DNA from: Acidobacteriaceae bacterium
Lineage (GTDB): Bacteria; Acidobacteriota; Terriglobia; Terriglobales; Acidobacteriaceae
Direction of reading: 5' to 3'
Length of the DNA: 64,000 nt
NCBI GenBank assembly: GCA_003142015.1
Contig: PLOI01000133.1
Location: 10,261-74,260, forward strand
Below are positions 1-10,314 of the stretch, in pieces. The notes beneath the pieces are model-generated. The model made no database searches. It had not been told where the DNA came from and saw only the letters and a list, made by a program, of their open reading frames with translations. Position numbers and translations under genes: made by a program. Position 1 is the first letter of the stretch. The number at the start of each line of letters is the position of its first letter.

Positions 1-642
1 CGCATGGTGAGCCAAATGCAGGATCGGCTGAATATGCCGCAGACCGTCCGCGGATTCTTTGCCGGAACGGCAGCGGCATATCAGACCTCGCTGAGCAGCG
101 AGCCTCTTCTTATCGGGACTGCATTGCTCGCTGTCTACATTGTTCTCGGCATCTTGTACGAGAGCTTAGTTCATCCTCTAACCATAATCTCCACCTTACC
201 GTCGGCGAGCGTGGGCGCGATGCTCGCTCTTATGCTCTTCAAGATCGATCTCAATGTGATCTCGATCATCGGCATTATTCTGCTGATAGGCATCGTGAAG
301 AAGAACGCTATCATGATGATCGACTTTGCCCTGGTTGCGGAGCGTGAGCAGGGAAAGACCACCACCGAGGCCATCTTTGAAGCCTGCCAGCTTCGCTTCC
401 GGCCCATCCTGATGACGACAATGGCCGCACTGTTTGGCGCGCTGCCGCTGGCATTCGGTACTGGGACCGGCTCCGAACTCAGGCGCCCTCTCGGAATAAC
501 CATTGTCGGCGGATTGATTGTCAGCCAGATGCTGACCCTCTATACCACGCCCGTCGTCTATCTGGCTTTTGATCGGTTGCGTCTCCGCTTCAAGGGTAAA
601 CAAGCAGCGACCCCCTACAGTGGGGCAACCGAGACCGCCTGA
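1..642 (+). CDS. RND efflux permease subunit (MdtB/MdtC-like), 3' part; gene starts before the window
   Basis: C-terminal AcrB-family TM motifs: [52 protein letters not shown]. Confidence 0.9.
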   Translation, partial: RMVSQMQDRLNMPQTVRGFFAGTAAAYQTSLSSEPLLIGTALLAVYIVLGILYESLVHPLTIISTLPSASVGAMLALMLFKIDLNVISIIGIILLIGIVKKNAIMMIDFALVAEREQGKTTTEAIFEACQLRFRPILMTTMAALFGALPLAFGTGTGSELRRPLGITIVGGLIVSQMLTLYTTPVVYLAFDRLRLRFKGKQAATPYSGATETA

Positions 643-668
643 CAAAGGCTGTTTTTGGAGTGTGCACT

Positions 669-2204
669 ATGAAGAATTCGATCAGGCAATCAGGGAGGCC
701 ACTCACAGCGTGGATTGTAATCCCGCTCGCTGTGTGTTGTGCGATGCTGGCTGGATGCAACGTGGGGCCAAAGTATGTGCCGCCTGCAACGACTGCGCCT
801 CCGGCCTTCAAGGAGTCGCCCGCGCAATTCAAGGAGACTGATGGATGGGCCGTTGCGCAACCGCAGGACGCGGCTCTTCACGGTAAATGGTGGGAAATCT
901 ACAATGAATCGGAACTTAATGCGCTCGAAGATCAACTCAACATCGACAACCAGAATATCCGCCAGGCATTCGAGAACTTCATGGAAGCGCGTGCGCTGGT
1001 GCGGGAGGCGCGGTCGCAATATTTTCCAACGGTAAGTGTTGGAGGCTCTTATACTCGGTCGCGTAGCTCGTCTAACGTCGGATCCGCAGCGGGCTCGGGC
1101 TCGACGGGTGGCCAGCAGTCTCAGTTGTTCGCACTCCCGGGCGAGGTATCGTGGGAGCCGGATTTATGGGGAAAAGTGCGCAACACCGTGCATGCCAGCC
1201 AATACCAGGCCCAATTGACCGCGGCCGACCTTGAGAATGAGCGGCTGACAGAGCAGGCCAGCCTAGCCGAATACTTCTTTGAAATTCGCGGCCAGGATGC
1301 ACTGCAACAGATTCTCAATGACACTGTAGAAGCTGACAAAAAAGCGCTCGAAGCTGTGCGGGCTGCCTATGACACCGGCGTTGGCGACCAAATCTCCGTT
1401 GTCGAAGCGCAAACAACTTACGAGAACGCTCAATCGGCGGCAATCAATACCGGAATCGCGCGGGCCGAATATGAACACGCTATTGCCATGCTTATCGGCA
1501 AGCAGGCATCGGCGTTTTCTATCCCGGTTGAGGCGAGAACGAGCGCGCCACCGCCCATTCCTTTGGGCTTACCTTCTCAACTGCTCGAGCGGCGTCCGGA
1601 CATCGCTGCCGCGGAGCGGAACATGGCCGCTGCGAATGCCCAGATCCGGGTGGCTTATGCAGCTTATTATCCTGCTCTGACGCTTTCTGCCACCGGCGGC
1701 GTGGAGAGCTCGGCCATCAAAAACCTCCTGACCTGGCCCAGCCGTTTCTGGTCGGTTGGCCCGTCCGTATCAGAGACCGTTTATGATGGCGGACTGCGCC
1801 GTGCGACTGTGAATCAGTACATCGCCACTTACAATGCAAATCTTGCCGCCTATCGCCAATCCGTATTGACGGCATTCCAACAGGTTGAAGACTATCTGGC
1901 GGCGGTTCGCATTCTGTCGCAGCAGATCCTTCGCCAACAGGAGGCAGTTAATTCTTCCCGGACCTTCCTTACGCTCGAGCAAGCCCGATACGATACGGGC
2001 ATCGATCCGTACATCGACGTTGTAACAGCGCAAACCACTTTGCTCGCAAATCGTGAGTCTTTGACCCAGATTCAGATCCAGCAGATGACGGCATCAGTTC
2101 AACTGATTGAAGCCTTGGGAGGCGGATGGGATCGATCCCAATTACCCACACCTGCGCAGATTACTCGGAAGCCAACGAAGTCTGAGACCACGATTCAGCA
2201 TTAG
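669..2204 (+). CDS. RND outer-membrane factor lipoprotein (NodT/OprM family)
   Basis: Lipobox LAGC then VGPKY; WEPDLWG, PSQLLERRPDIAAAER, LIEALGGGW motifs; follows the RND permease. Confidence 0.92.
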   Translation: MKNSIRQSGRPLTAWIVIPLAVCCAMLAGCNVGPKYVPPATTAPPAFKESPAQFKETDGWAVAQPQDAALHGKWWEIYNESELNALEDQLNIDNQNIRQAFENFMEARALVREARSQYFPTVSVGGSYTRSRSSSNVGSAAGSGSTGGQQSQLFALPGEVSWEPDLWGKVRNTVHASQYQAQLTAADLENERLTEQASLAEYFFEIRGQDALQQILNDTVEADKKALEAVRAAYDTGVGDQISVVEAQTTYENAQSAAINTGIARAEYEHAIAMLIGKQASAFSIPVEARTSAPPPIPLGLPSQLLERRPDIAAAERNMAAANAQIRVAYAAYYPALTLSATGGVESSAIKNLLTWPSRFWSVGPSVSETVYDGGLRRATVNQYIATYNANLAAYRQSVLTAFQQVEDYLAAVRILSQQILRQQEAVNSSRTFLTLEQARYDTGIDPYIDVVTAQTTLLANRESLTQIQIQQMTASVQLIEALGGGWDRSQLPTPAQITRKPTKSETTIQH

Positions 2205-2268
2205 ATTGCGGGCGCAGTCTTTCCGCGGATGAAAGTGCGATCATGTCCTGCGATCTCTCACAAGAAAT

Positions 2269-4677
2269 TCACGAGATGCGCAGACGGACAAAGACGGGAA
2301 TCTTAACCACGTCCAGGACCATGCCGAAGGCCACAGCTGCGGCAAACTCACATGCGATGATCGCGATGGGCAATGGCGCCATGGCGATTCCCAAAGCCGC
2401 TAGCGTTGCAATGATAAGGATATCGGCCGCGGAAGAAAGCACGAGCCAAACGCTGGGACGCAAGCCCCACAAGTGTTGGCGTCCGCGAATCACGTACGTC
2501 GTGGCCTGGCTGCCGAAGACAATACCGACCACGGACAAAGTTTGAAGTGCCGCGATGCTCAGATGTAACTCGAATTTTCCGACTGCCAGAATGGCCGTGG
2601 AGAATGCAAGGAAACAGGCCCCCAGAATGACGCCTGCGCTGGTAATTTTTCCGATGTACCATGAATTTGGCATCTTCGAAGGCCGCACCCTGTCCGTGGT
2701 CAGCGACATGGCGAGGAAGTCTCCGGTGATCATTACAATGACCATGAGCATGGGAGTGAGGACCGCGTGCCCGGTCATAACCAGTCCAACTGCTAGCAAA
2801 AGAACCTGCAATATCTTCTTCATTACCGAGTTCAGCGTATAGGTGAGGATGCGCTGAAACGTGATCCTACCCTCTTTTACAGCAGCCACAATGCCGCACA
2901 GGCCAGCTTGGGTCAATACAACACCGGCGGCCGATTTCGCTACATCAGTCGCGGTTGAGACGGCAATGCCTATTTGCGCCTGACGAAGCGCGGGTGCATC
3001 ATTGACGCCATCCCCGCACATACCGACTGTATACCCGTTCTTTTGAAACGCCTTGACAAGGTCATACTTGCCTTCAGGAAGAATGCTTGCGAAGACCGCG
3101 AAATCCTGCGGCTTGATTGCTTCGAGAAGTTTTCCGGGCGGGCAGACGGCTCCGTTCAATCCAACTGCCTGAGCGACGATTGCCGCTGTAACCGGAGCAT
3201 CGCCCGTAACCATGACTGTACCAACGCCAAGGGTATGCAATTCCGAGATGAGAGAGATCGAATCTGTCCGCGGCGGATCGCTGAGGGCGACCAGACCGAT
3301 AACCTGCATGGAATCCGGGGAACCTTCTGCTACCGCCAAGACTCTGAATCCTTGCTTCTCGAGTTCGTCGGCGATCCCGGTGGCGGCAGGCGACGGAGCC
3401 GTCAAGGCTACGACCGCGGTGAACGCGCCCTTGATGATCCGCTCAGTGCCCCCCTTTGGATCTGTAGCGGTTGCTTCCGATGTTTTCTTTCCGGGGTCGA
3501 ACGGCACGAACGTGGCCAGCTTTGGCAACTGCGAAGCGGGCTTGTGCAAGGCGGCAGAGCGAATCGCCGCATCGACGGAATCCTGACCGCCTTCAGAACT
3601 TGCCAAAGCTGCGAGGCCGAGGACGTAGGCTTCGTCAAACCCCGGCAAAGGTCGAACGCTGGTTACTGAAAGTTCATTGCGGGTCAGAGTTCCGGTTTTG
3701 TCAGTGCACAAAACATCAATCGAAGCAGCTTCATCCACGGCAGAAAGCCGTGTCGGCAGCACACCCAGCTTTGCCAGAGCACGAGCGCCAAGCGCGGCGG
3801 CAAGGGTAAATGTTGCGGGCAATGCCACGGGGATAGCTGCCAGAATCGACGTGAGCAGCAGGGGAACAATCTCACTCCACGGCATCGCATGGGAATAGGC
3901 ATAGGTTCCCATTGCAAGAATAACGACGCTATTGAAGATCGCCAGGTTGCGCACGATCTTGAGTACAGCCTTCTGTTGTGTGCTTTCAACGTGTGCAGTG
4001 CGCACAAGTTCCGCCGTGCGGCCGAATTTGGTGCGGGTGCCCGTAGCCGTTATGATGGCGGTCGCCTCGCCGCGCCGCACCAGAGCTCCTGCAAACGTGT
4101 CTACGCCAGGACCCGCTTCAATAGGAAGTGATTCGCCTGTGAGCATCGACTGATCGAGTTCGACCGATCCACCGGTCAAATGCACATCGGCAGCGATGAC
4201 ACCGCCAAGGGACAGCTTCACCAGGTCGCCACATACCAATTCCACCGCCGGCACAGTCTTCCATTCGCCATCTCGCTGAACAGAGGCGTTGAGTGCCAGG
4301 CGGGATTTCAGAGCAGCAAGCGTAGCCTGCGCGCGACTCTCCTGGAAGTAGGCAAGCGCCGCATTGAAAACCAGCAGGGCTGCGATGACAGCAGCCTCGT
4401 AGTACTTATGCAACGCTATCTCAAGTACAATCGAAGCTTCGAGCAACCAGGGAACAGGAGCCCAGAACTTGGCCAATACATCCTGCAGCGGATGAGCCGA
4501 CGTGTCCGGCATTGCATTGGGTCCGTCTTTTCCAAGACGAGTGCGCGCATCATCGCTCGTAAGACCTATCGACGCGACATCCTGAACCGGCTTTGCTGCC
4601 GGACCCGGTGACGCGGGGGCGACAGCGCTATGTGCGCTCACAATTGGCACCTTTGCTGCTGTTCTCGCTACCACCAT
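2269..4677 (-). CDS. P-type ATPase, proton-efflux (type IIIA-like)
   Basis: TGES, IPVALP, DKTGT phosphorylation site, GDGVNDAPAL hinge; about 800 aa. Confidence 0.88.
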   Translation of the reverse strand: MVVARTAAKVPIVSAHSAVAPASPGPAAKPVQDVASIGLTSDDARTRLGKDGPNAMPDTSAHPLQDVLAKFWAPVPWLLEASIVLEIALHKYYEAAVIAALLVFNAALAYFQESRAQATLAALKSRLALNASVQRDGEWKTVPAVELVCGDLVKLSLGGVIAADVHLTGGSVELDQSMLTGESLPIEAGPGVDTFAGALVRRGEATAIITATGTRTKFGRTAELVRTAHVESTQQKAVLKIVRNLAIFNSVVILAMGTYAYSHAMPWSEIVPLLLTSILAAIPVALPATFTLAAALGARALAKLGVLPTRLSAVDEAASIDVLCTDKTGTLTRNELSVTSVRPLPGFDEAYVLGLAALASSEGGQDSVDAAIRSAALHKPASQLPKLATFVPFDPGKKTSEATATDPKGGTERIIKGAFTAVVALTAPSPAATGIADELEKQGFRVLAVAEGSPDSMQVIGLVALSDPPRTDSISLISELHTLGVGTVMVTGDAPVTAAIVAQAVGLNGAVCPPGKLLEAIKPQDFAVFASILPEGKYDLVKAFQKNGYTVGMCGDGVNDAPALRQAQIGIAVSTATDVAKSAAGVVLTQAGLCGIVAAVKEGRITFQRILTYTLNSVMKKILQVLLLAVGLVMTGHAVLTPMLMVIVMITGDFLAMSLTTDRVRPSKMPNSWYIGKITSAGVILGACFLAFSTAILAVGKFELHLSIAALQTLSVVGIVFGSQATTYVIRGRQHLWGLRPSVWLVLSSAADILIIATLAALGIAMAPLPIAIIACEFAAAVAFGMVLDVVKIPVFVRLRIS

Positions 4678-5180
4678 TCCATGGAACGCCCTGACGCTGT
4701 TTTTACGCCCGTCTCAGGCTTTGCTGAACGAAGAAGCAAGAGAGGGCATTGCACGAGCTTTATGATCTTCTCGGCAATCGACCCGAAGACCAGCGGGCGC
4801 CAGCCGGAGATGCCGTGCGTGGAGATCACGACCATGTCGATATGTTCGCGCTCAATTACCTCCATGATGTTTCCTGCCACGTCATTTCCAACTTCGACAC
4901 CGAAACTTGCCTTGACCTTTCTTGCAGTAAGAACCGCGTGGCACTTCGCGAGGCGCAGCTCTGCTTCAGTCCTTGCCTCCTGCACAAATGACTCTTCCGG
5001 GACAAAATCGGGGAGCGTTGTGGTAGGAAAGAACGGAATAATATTTACAAGATAGAGTTCGGCTCGGAAGTGCTGAGCAAGGTCAACTGCCATCTCCAAA
5101 GCCGCCTGGGAGGATGGGCTAAAGTCAATGGGCAACAGTATCTTCGTGGGAATAGTAGGGAAAGCATGAACTTCAGGCAT
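4668..5180 (-). CDS. Universal stress protein (single USP domain)
   Basis: KILLPIDFS, DMVVISTHG, FGSIAEKII..CPLL motifs; start set at ATG 5180 behind GAGGAG; overlaps the ATPase start by 10 bp. Confidence 0.9.
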   Translation of the reverse strand: MPEVHAFPTIPTKILLPIDFSPSSQAALEMAVDLAQHFRAELYLVNIIPFFPTTTLPDFVPEESFVQEARTEAELRLAKCHAVLTARKVKASFGVEVGNDVAGNIMEVIEREHIDMVVISTHGISGWRPLVFGSIAEKIIKLVQCPLLLLRSAKPETGVKTASGRSMEWW

Positions 5181-5248
5181 GACGGTCTCCTCGCCGAACC
5201 TTGAAAGCGGCTGGAGTCCTATTTTCCTCTGAACATCAGAGCAAAGGC

Positions 5249-5264
5249 TGTGCTCTTTTGGACA
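5249..5264. promoter_or_regulatory. Putative Crp-family site TGTGC-tctttt-GGACA
   Basis: TGT-N10-ACA spacing in the divergent usp / Mla-operon intergenic region; motif recurs elsewhere in the window. Confidence 0.5.
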
Positions 5265-5491
5265 TGTGTCGCCCAGTTGGAAGATGCGAGGGAGGAGGCT
5301 TCGCATGTACCGCACGACGTGGACAAGGCACAGGATGCCGGCTTGTTATTAGAGCAAATATGACCATCCATTGAGCTTTTGATTCTGGCATGATCACTGT
5401 GAGGCTTGCCATACGCCAGCAGGTGTCTTTGACGATGCCATATGTGTTGGGGAGAGGCGAGGCTGTCGGAGGGGAGATTTTGAAGCCATCC

Positions 5492-6295
5492 ATGAGGAAG
5501 CGAAATTCGGAACCCAGGCACGTTTGCCATGGAGATCTAGCGGGCAGGCAAAGCAGCTTGCCGATCTCGAAGGCTTGCGGCATAAAGATCAGCCGGATGC
5601 TGCTCCAGTTGCTGGTCACTGCTGCTCTTGTTACTTTTCCAATACTGGCAAGATCGCAATCGCTGCCTTTTTATGGAGACGCCTCCGGTACCGCAGCAGA
5701 CACTACTTCAGGCAAGATTGATCTGACATACGTGCGTCCGACCGAAAAAACAAAGATAATCAACTACGCTTTCGATGCGTTCGGCCCGTACCCTATTGCC
5801 GGTGCTGCGTTCGGCGCTGCCATTAACCAGGCGGATAATACTCCGCCAGAGTGGAACCAAGGGGTTAAGGGTTACTCCAGGCGATTCGGTTCCAACTACG
5901 GCATTGCAATGGTGGCCACAACGACGCGTTATGGTCTGTCGGAAGCCTTCAAGGAAGATGCGATGTATTACCGGTGCGAGTGCAGAGGCATATTCCCACG
6001 AGCACGCCATGCCCTGATTTCCACCTTGACAGCGCGCCGTGGTGAAGACGGCCACCATGTCTTTTCTATGCCTGCGCTCGTCGGGCCGTATGCGGGCACG
6101 ATGACTGCCGTCTATGGCTGGTACCCAAACCGCTACGGCGCCAAGGACGCATTTCGGGCGGGCAACTACAGTCTGCTGGCATTTGCGGGCGAGAACGTTG
6201 CCTTGGAGTTCTTCTATAGCGGACCCCACTCCTTGCTTTCACGCATGCATTTGAACAATGCGCACGGTGCGCCAGACCCTGGTCAAAATCATTGA
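5492..6295 (+). CDS. Hypothetical exported/membrane protein heading the Mla-like operon (start uncertain, alternative 5597)
   Basis: Long ORF with signal-peptide-like segment (LLQLLVTAALVTFPILARSQ); stop overlaps the permease start. Confidence 0.7.
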   Translation: MRKRNSEPRHVCHGDLAGRQSSLPISKACGIKISRMLLQLLVTAALVTFPILARSQSLPFYGDASGTAADTTSGKIDLTYVRPTEKTKIINYAFDAFGPYPIAGAAFGAAINQADNTPPEWNQGVKGYSRRFGSNYGIAMVATTTRYGLSEAFKEDAMYYRCECRGIFPRARHALISTLTARRGEDGHHVFSMPALVGPYAGTMTAVYGWYPNRYGAKDAFRAGNYSLLAFAGENVALEFFYSGPHSLLSRMHLNNAHGAPDPGQNH

Positions 6296-7143
6296 GCAAT
6301 AGCGGATTCACTGCCGTCTCAGCAACCAACCCAACGCTATCGGGGCGGCGGGCCGTGCCCATGCTCTCAGTTGTGAACTCTGCCACAGGACTGGTCAACG
6401 GCTTCTTCGAGTGGTTCGGTAACCTCGGAATCTTCTCCTGGAATGTTCTCAAAGCTGGTGCGACGCCGCCGTATGAGTGGCAAGAGCTGATTCGGCAGCT
6501 CGATGAGGTCGGATCGAAGTCTCTGCCGTTGGTGGCCATGGCGGGCGCCGCTATCGGTGTGGTCATCTCCTTGGAAGCACGCTACAGTCTAAGTAGATTT
6601 GGCGCCAAATCGATGTTTCCGGCGACTCTCGTATACTCTGTCCTCCAGGTAATGGGTCCAATCATCACCGGCTTGGTCATATGCGGTCGCGTGGGCGCAG
6701 GCATTGGCGCGGAGCTGGCGTCGATGAAAGTGACTGAGCAGATTGACGCCATCGAAGCCTGCGCGATCAACCCATACAGACTACTGGCGGCAACGCGAAT
6801 CCTAGCCTGCATCCTGATGCTGCCCCTGCTGACCCTCGGAACCGACGCATGCGCCTTGTTGACGGGCTGGTTTGCACAAACGCTGGTTGAGCCGCTCTCG
6901 TTTCATCAGTTCATTCAGGCTGGCTTCAAGGGCTCGACCTTCAATGCTTTCCTGCCGCAGACATTCAAGACCGCGGTGTACGGCTTGATCATCGGGCTTA
7001 TTGCGTGCTTTCAGGGAATGCGCACACGCGGAGGAGCTGAGGGCGTGGGCCGCGCGGCTACAAACTCGGTTGTGCTCGGCTCACTTTTCGTGATTCTGGC
7101 TGATGTAGTGCTGGTGAAATTCATTCTTGTTGTCTTTCCTTAG
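6292..7143 (+). CDS. MlaE-family ABC permease
   Basis: GRVGAGIGAELASMKVTEQIDAIE and GGAEGVGRAATNSVV signatures. Confidence 0.92.
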   Translation: MSNSGFTAVSATNPTLSGRRAVPMLSVVNSATGLVNGFFEWFGNLGIFSWNVLKAGATPPYEWQELIRQLDEVGSKSLPLVAMAGAAIGVVISLEARYSLSRFGAKSMFPATLVYSVLQVMGPIITGLVICGRVGAGIGAELASMKVTEQIDAIEACAINPYRLLAATRILACILMLPLLTLGTDACALLTGWFAQTLVEPLSFHQFIQAGFKGSTFNAFLPQTFKTAVYGLIIGLIACFQGMRTRGGAEGVGRAATNSVVLGSLFVILADVVLVKFILVVFP

Positions 7144-7172
7144 CTTTTCACCATTGATGCAACGCCCGTGAG

Positions 7173-7967
7173 ATGAGAATGGCCACAGCTTATGACATTG
7201 CGATGACGCAAGGGCAACCTGAGGAAGACAGCAGTGTGCCGGTCGTCGCCGTCGAGAATTTGCGTAAGACCTTCGGAATTCTCAAGGTTCTCGACGGGAT
7301 TAATTTGAGCGTGAACCGTGGAGAGACCCTGGCCGTGCTTGGACGCAGTGGCGCGGGAAAAAGTGTGCTGCTGCGGCTGATCATCGGCATCGAAACTCCT
7401 GATTCAGGGTCGGTCTTCATCCATGGCCAAAATATCGCCGGCCTTGCTATTGACCAGATGGGCACGATCAGGAAGAAGATTGGCTTTCTGTTCCAACATG
7501 CGGCGCTCTACGATTCGCTGACAGTCGCCGAGAATGTCGCTTTCCCGCTTGATCACCACCGAAGAGATATGCCCAGATCAGAGCGCGGCGACCGGGTGAA
7601 GCAGCTGCTTGCAGAAGTAGGCATGGAAGGCGACTTCAGAAAGCTTCCCTCCGATATCTCAGGTGGAATGCAGAAGCGCGTGGGCCTGGCTCGCGCGCTC
7701 GCGCTGGAACCTGAGATCCTGCTTCTTGACGAACCGACAGCCGGTCTCGATCCCATTAGCTCAGGAGAAATCGACGAATTGATTCTCAAACTTCAGAGGG
7801 AACGTCAAATGGCGTCCATTGTTGTAACTCACGATCTGCACAGTGCGAGAACGATTGCCGATCGCCTGGCTCTGCTCGATCAAGGCAATGTGGTGATCGA
7901 AGGCAAGTTCGAGGATCTTCAACAAAGCAACATCGGGTTTGTGGCTGAGTTTCTGAAGCACTCGTAG
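7173..7967 (+). CDS. MlaF-family ABC ATPase
   Basis: Walker A GRSGAGKS, ISGGMQKRVGLARA, LLLDEPTAGLDP, VTHD. Confidence 0.93.
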   Translation: MRMATAYDIAMTQGQPEEDSSVPVVAVENLRKTFGILKVLDGINLSVNRGETLAVLGRSGAGKSVLLRLIIGIETPDSGSVFIHGQNIAGLAIDQMGTIRKKIGFLFQHAALYDSLTVAENVAFPLDHHRRDMPRSERGDRVKQLLAEVGMEGDFRKLPSDISGGMQKRVGLARALALEPEILLLDEPTAGLDPISSGEIDELILKLQRERQMASIVVTHDLHSARTIADRLALLDQGNVVIEGKFEDLQQSNIGFVAEFLKHS

Positions 7968-7975
7968 GAGGACAT

Positions 7976-9166
7976 ATGTCGAGAGTGGCGCGGCTAGGAG
8001 CATTTATCGTTGCAACATTGGCAATTCTTGCCGCCGGTGTCTTCATCATCGGGAGCAAGGAGTATCTGTTTCGCTCCACATACCAACTGAAAGCGCAATT
8101 CGACAACGTGGCGGGCCTGTCTGTCGGAGCCGACGTGCGGGTGGGGGGCGTTCATAGTGGGACGGTGCAAAGCATCACCTTACCCCACAAGCCTGGCGAG
8201 AAAGTCACGGTACTCATGAACCTCGACAAATCGACGCACGAGGTTATCAAGGCCGACTCAGTAGCCTCAATCGAAACCGAGGGAGTGTTGGGTAACCAGT
8301 ACGTCGCGATTTCGTTCGGATCGTCAGGGCAAGCCGAGGTAAAGGACGGCGAGACCATACAGAGCGAACCTCCGCTCCAGATGTCGGATCTGTTCAAAAA
8401 AACGAGCGGCATTCTGGACAGCAGCCAGCAGGCCATCAACAATGCAACTTTGGCGACGGCCCATCTGACCTCGGTAAGCGCCAAGATCGATTCGGGCCAG
8501 GGAACCGTGGGAGCGCTGGTGAACGACAAGCAACTCTATAGCAACCTTGAACAGACTACGACCACTCTGCACACGACTATGCTCCAGGCGCAGACCGGCG
8601 TTACTGACTTCCAGGAAAATATGGAGGCCTTGAAACACAACTTCTTATTGAGCGGGTATTTCAAGAAGCGTGGATATGAAGATTCAGGGGATATTACCGC
8701 AAATAGAATTGCGGCGCTTCCGCAGGGAGAACCGCTGAAGGCATTTACGTTCACTGCCAAACAGCTCTTCGACAGCCGCGATACAGCGAAGCTGAAGAAC
8801 CAGAAGGCGCTTGACGCTGGCGGCAACTTTCTTGCGCAGAATCAATTCGGCTTTGCGGTAGTCGTGGCTTCGACCGGGATGGAAGGCGATATCCAGAAAG
8901 ACCTGGCCCTTACCGAAGCCAGGGCCATGGTTGTGCGCGAGTACCTGGTAGAGAACTTTGGATTTGACGACAGCCAGCTTAAAACGTTGGGCCTGGGTAA
9001 ACAGCCGGGCTCGAACTTGGATGCAGACTGGGGTTCGATTCAGATTCTCATCTTCCCGCCAGGAACAGAGATACCAGCTGAACAACTGCACCCGGCAAGT
9101 AATTCTTCTGTAACAGATCTCGCTCGGCCGGCTCAGGTCCCTGCGACGGCTACTCATCAACCATAG
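7976..9166 (+). CDS. MlaD/MCE-domain protein with helical region and OmpA-like C-terminal segment
   Basis: N-terminal TM, FDNVAGLSVGADVRVGGV, TEGVLGNQYV; C-terminal LTEARAMVVREYL...KTLGLG. Confidence 0.88.
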   Translation: MSRVARLGAFIVATLAILAAGVFIIGSKEYLFRSTYQLKAQFDNVAGLSVGADVRVGGVHSGTVQSITLPHKPGEKVTVLMNLDKSTHEVIKADSVASIETEGVLGNQYVAISFGSSGQAEVKDGETIQSEPPLQMSDLFKKTSGILDSSQQAINNATLATAHLTSVSAKIDSGQGTVGALVNDKQLYSNLEQTTTTLHTTMLQAQTGVTDFQENMEALKHNFLLSGYFKKRGYEDSGDITANRIAALPQGEPLKAFTFTAKQLFDSRDTAKLKNQKALDAGGNFLAQNQFGFAVVVASTGMEGDIQKDLALTEARAMVVREYLVENFGFDDSQLKTLGLGKQPGSNLDADWGSIQILIFPPGTEIPAEQLHPASNSSVTDLARPAQVPATATHQP

Positions 9167-9236
9167 TGCATGTCGCTATGACCGGAAACAGAAAGCTAGC
9201 GCGCCGTAACAAATGCCTTGCAGTATAGGAGAACAG

Positions 9237-9452
9237 ATGACAGGAAACAAGCATAACTTTGAAGGACATAGTAGCGACAGCGGGGAGCCCGATCCAGGTC
9301 CATACTGGAAACGTATGCATCGTGACTGGCGCTTCTGGGTCGGTGCGCTTCTTATGTTTGGCGCAATTTCCATTTACGTTCTGAGCGGAGACCTGGCGTG
9401 GGTGCCGCGTAGCCAACCGCGACTGTCGCCGCCGGCAGCAGCCGGGAGATAG
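9237..9452 (+). CDS. Small hypothetical membrane protein
   Basis: AGGAG RBS, single TM segment (FWVGALLMFGAISIYVL), operon position. Confidence 0.65.
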   Translation: MTGNKHNFEGHSSDSGEPDPGPYWKRMHRDWRFWVGALLMFGAISIYVLSGDLAWVPRSQPRLSPPAAAGR

Positions 9453-9534
9453 TCTGGCTTGTCCGCTTCCGTGGAGTATCTGAACACAGACGAACGCTCA
9501 CGATGCGGCGGCGATACTTCCACTTCGGAGAAAA

Positions 9535-10314
9535 ATGAAGAAGCTCATCGTTTTTGACCTCGATGGAACCCTCGCGCAGAGTAAATCTCCCCTCAATGCC
9601 GAAAGCTCGGCGCTGCTGCATGATCTTTTGGGCGTAGTTAAAGTGGCAGTAATCTCCGGAGGCGCCTGGCCGCAGTTTGAGAAACAGCTGCTCTCCAATC
9701 TTCCCCATGACGATTTCCTCGTGAATCTGTCGCTGCTTCCAACCTGTGGAACAAAATTTTTCCAGTTCACAGAGGTTTGGAAAGAACTCTATTCAGAAGA
9801 TTTCACCGCGGATCAAAAGCGGAAGATCATAAGTTCACTCAATGAAGCGGTCAGAATGGCGGGGATAGCTGTCGAAAGGACGTGGGGAGAGACAGTCGAG
9901 GATCGCGGAAGCCAGATAACATACTCCGCATTGGGTCAGCAGGCTCCTTTGGAAGAAAAGAGCAAATGGGATCCAGATTTCGCCAAAAGAGGGAAAATCA
10001 AAGCAATTCTGGACACTCTAATTCCCGAGTGTTCCGTCCAAATAGGTGGCGCGACATCCATTGATGTGACCCGACATGGCATCGATAAAGCATACGGCAT
10101 CAATAAGCTGCGAGATATTCTCGGTATTCCGTTGAACCAGATGATCTACGTAGGGGACGCCTTGTTTCCGGACGGAAATGATTATCCGGTTGAGCAAGTG
10201 GGAGTTATTGCGATTCCAGTGCGAGACCCAAATGAGACCAAACGAGTCATGGAAACAATCATCGCGTGCCTGGCAGACGATCAACAAGTGCGATCCTTTG
10301 AGGTGGGCGTGTGA
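9535..10314 (+). CDS. HAD-IIB hydrolase, eukaryote-type phosphomannomutase-like
   Basis: FDLDGTL, EDRGSQI, GGATSIDV, DKAYG, GDALFPDGNDY motifs. Confidence 0.82.
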   Translation: MKKLIVFDLDGTLAQSKSPLNAESSALLHDLLGVVKVAVISGGAWPQFEKQLLSNLPHDDFLVNLSLLPTCGTKFFQFTEVWKELYSEDFTADQKRKIISSLNEAVRMAGIAVERTWGETVEDRGSQITYSALGQQAPLEEKSKWDPDFAKRGKIKAILDTLIPECSVQIGGATSIDVTRHGIDKAYGINKLRDILGIPLNQMIYVGDALFPDGNDYPVEQVGVIAIPVRDPNETKRVMETIIACLADDQQVRSFEVGV

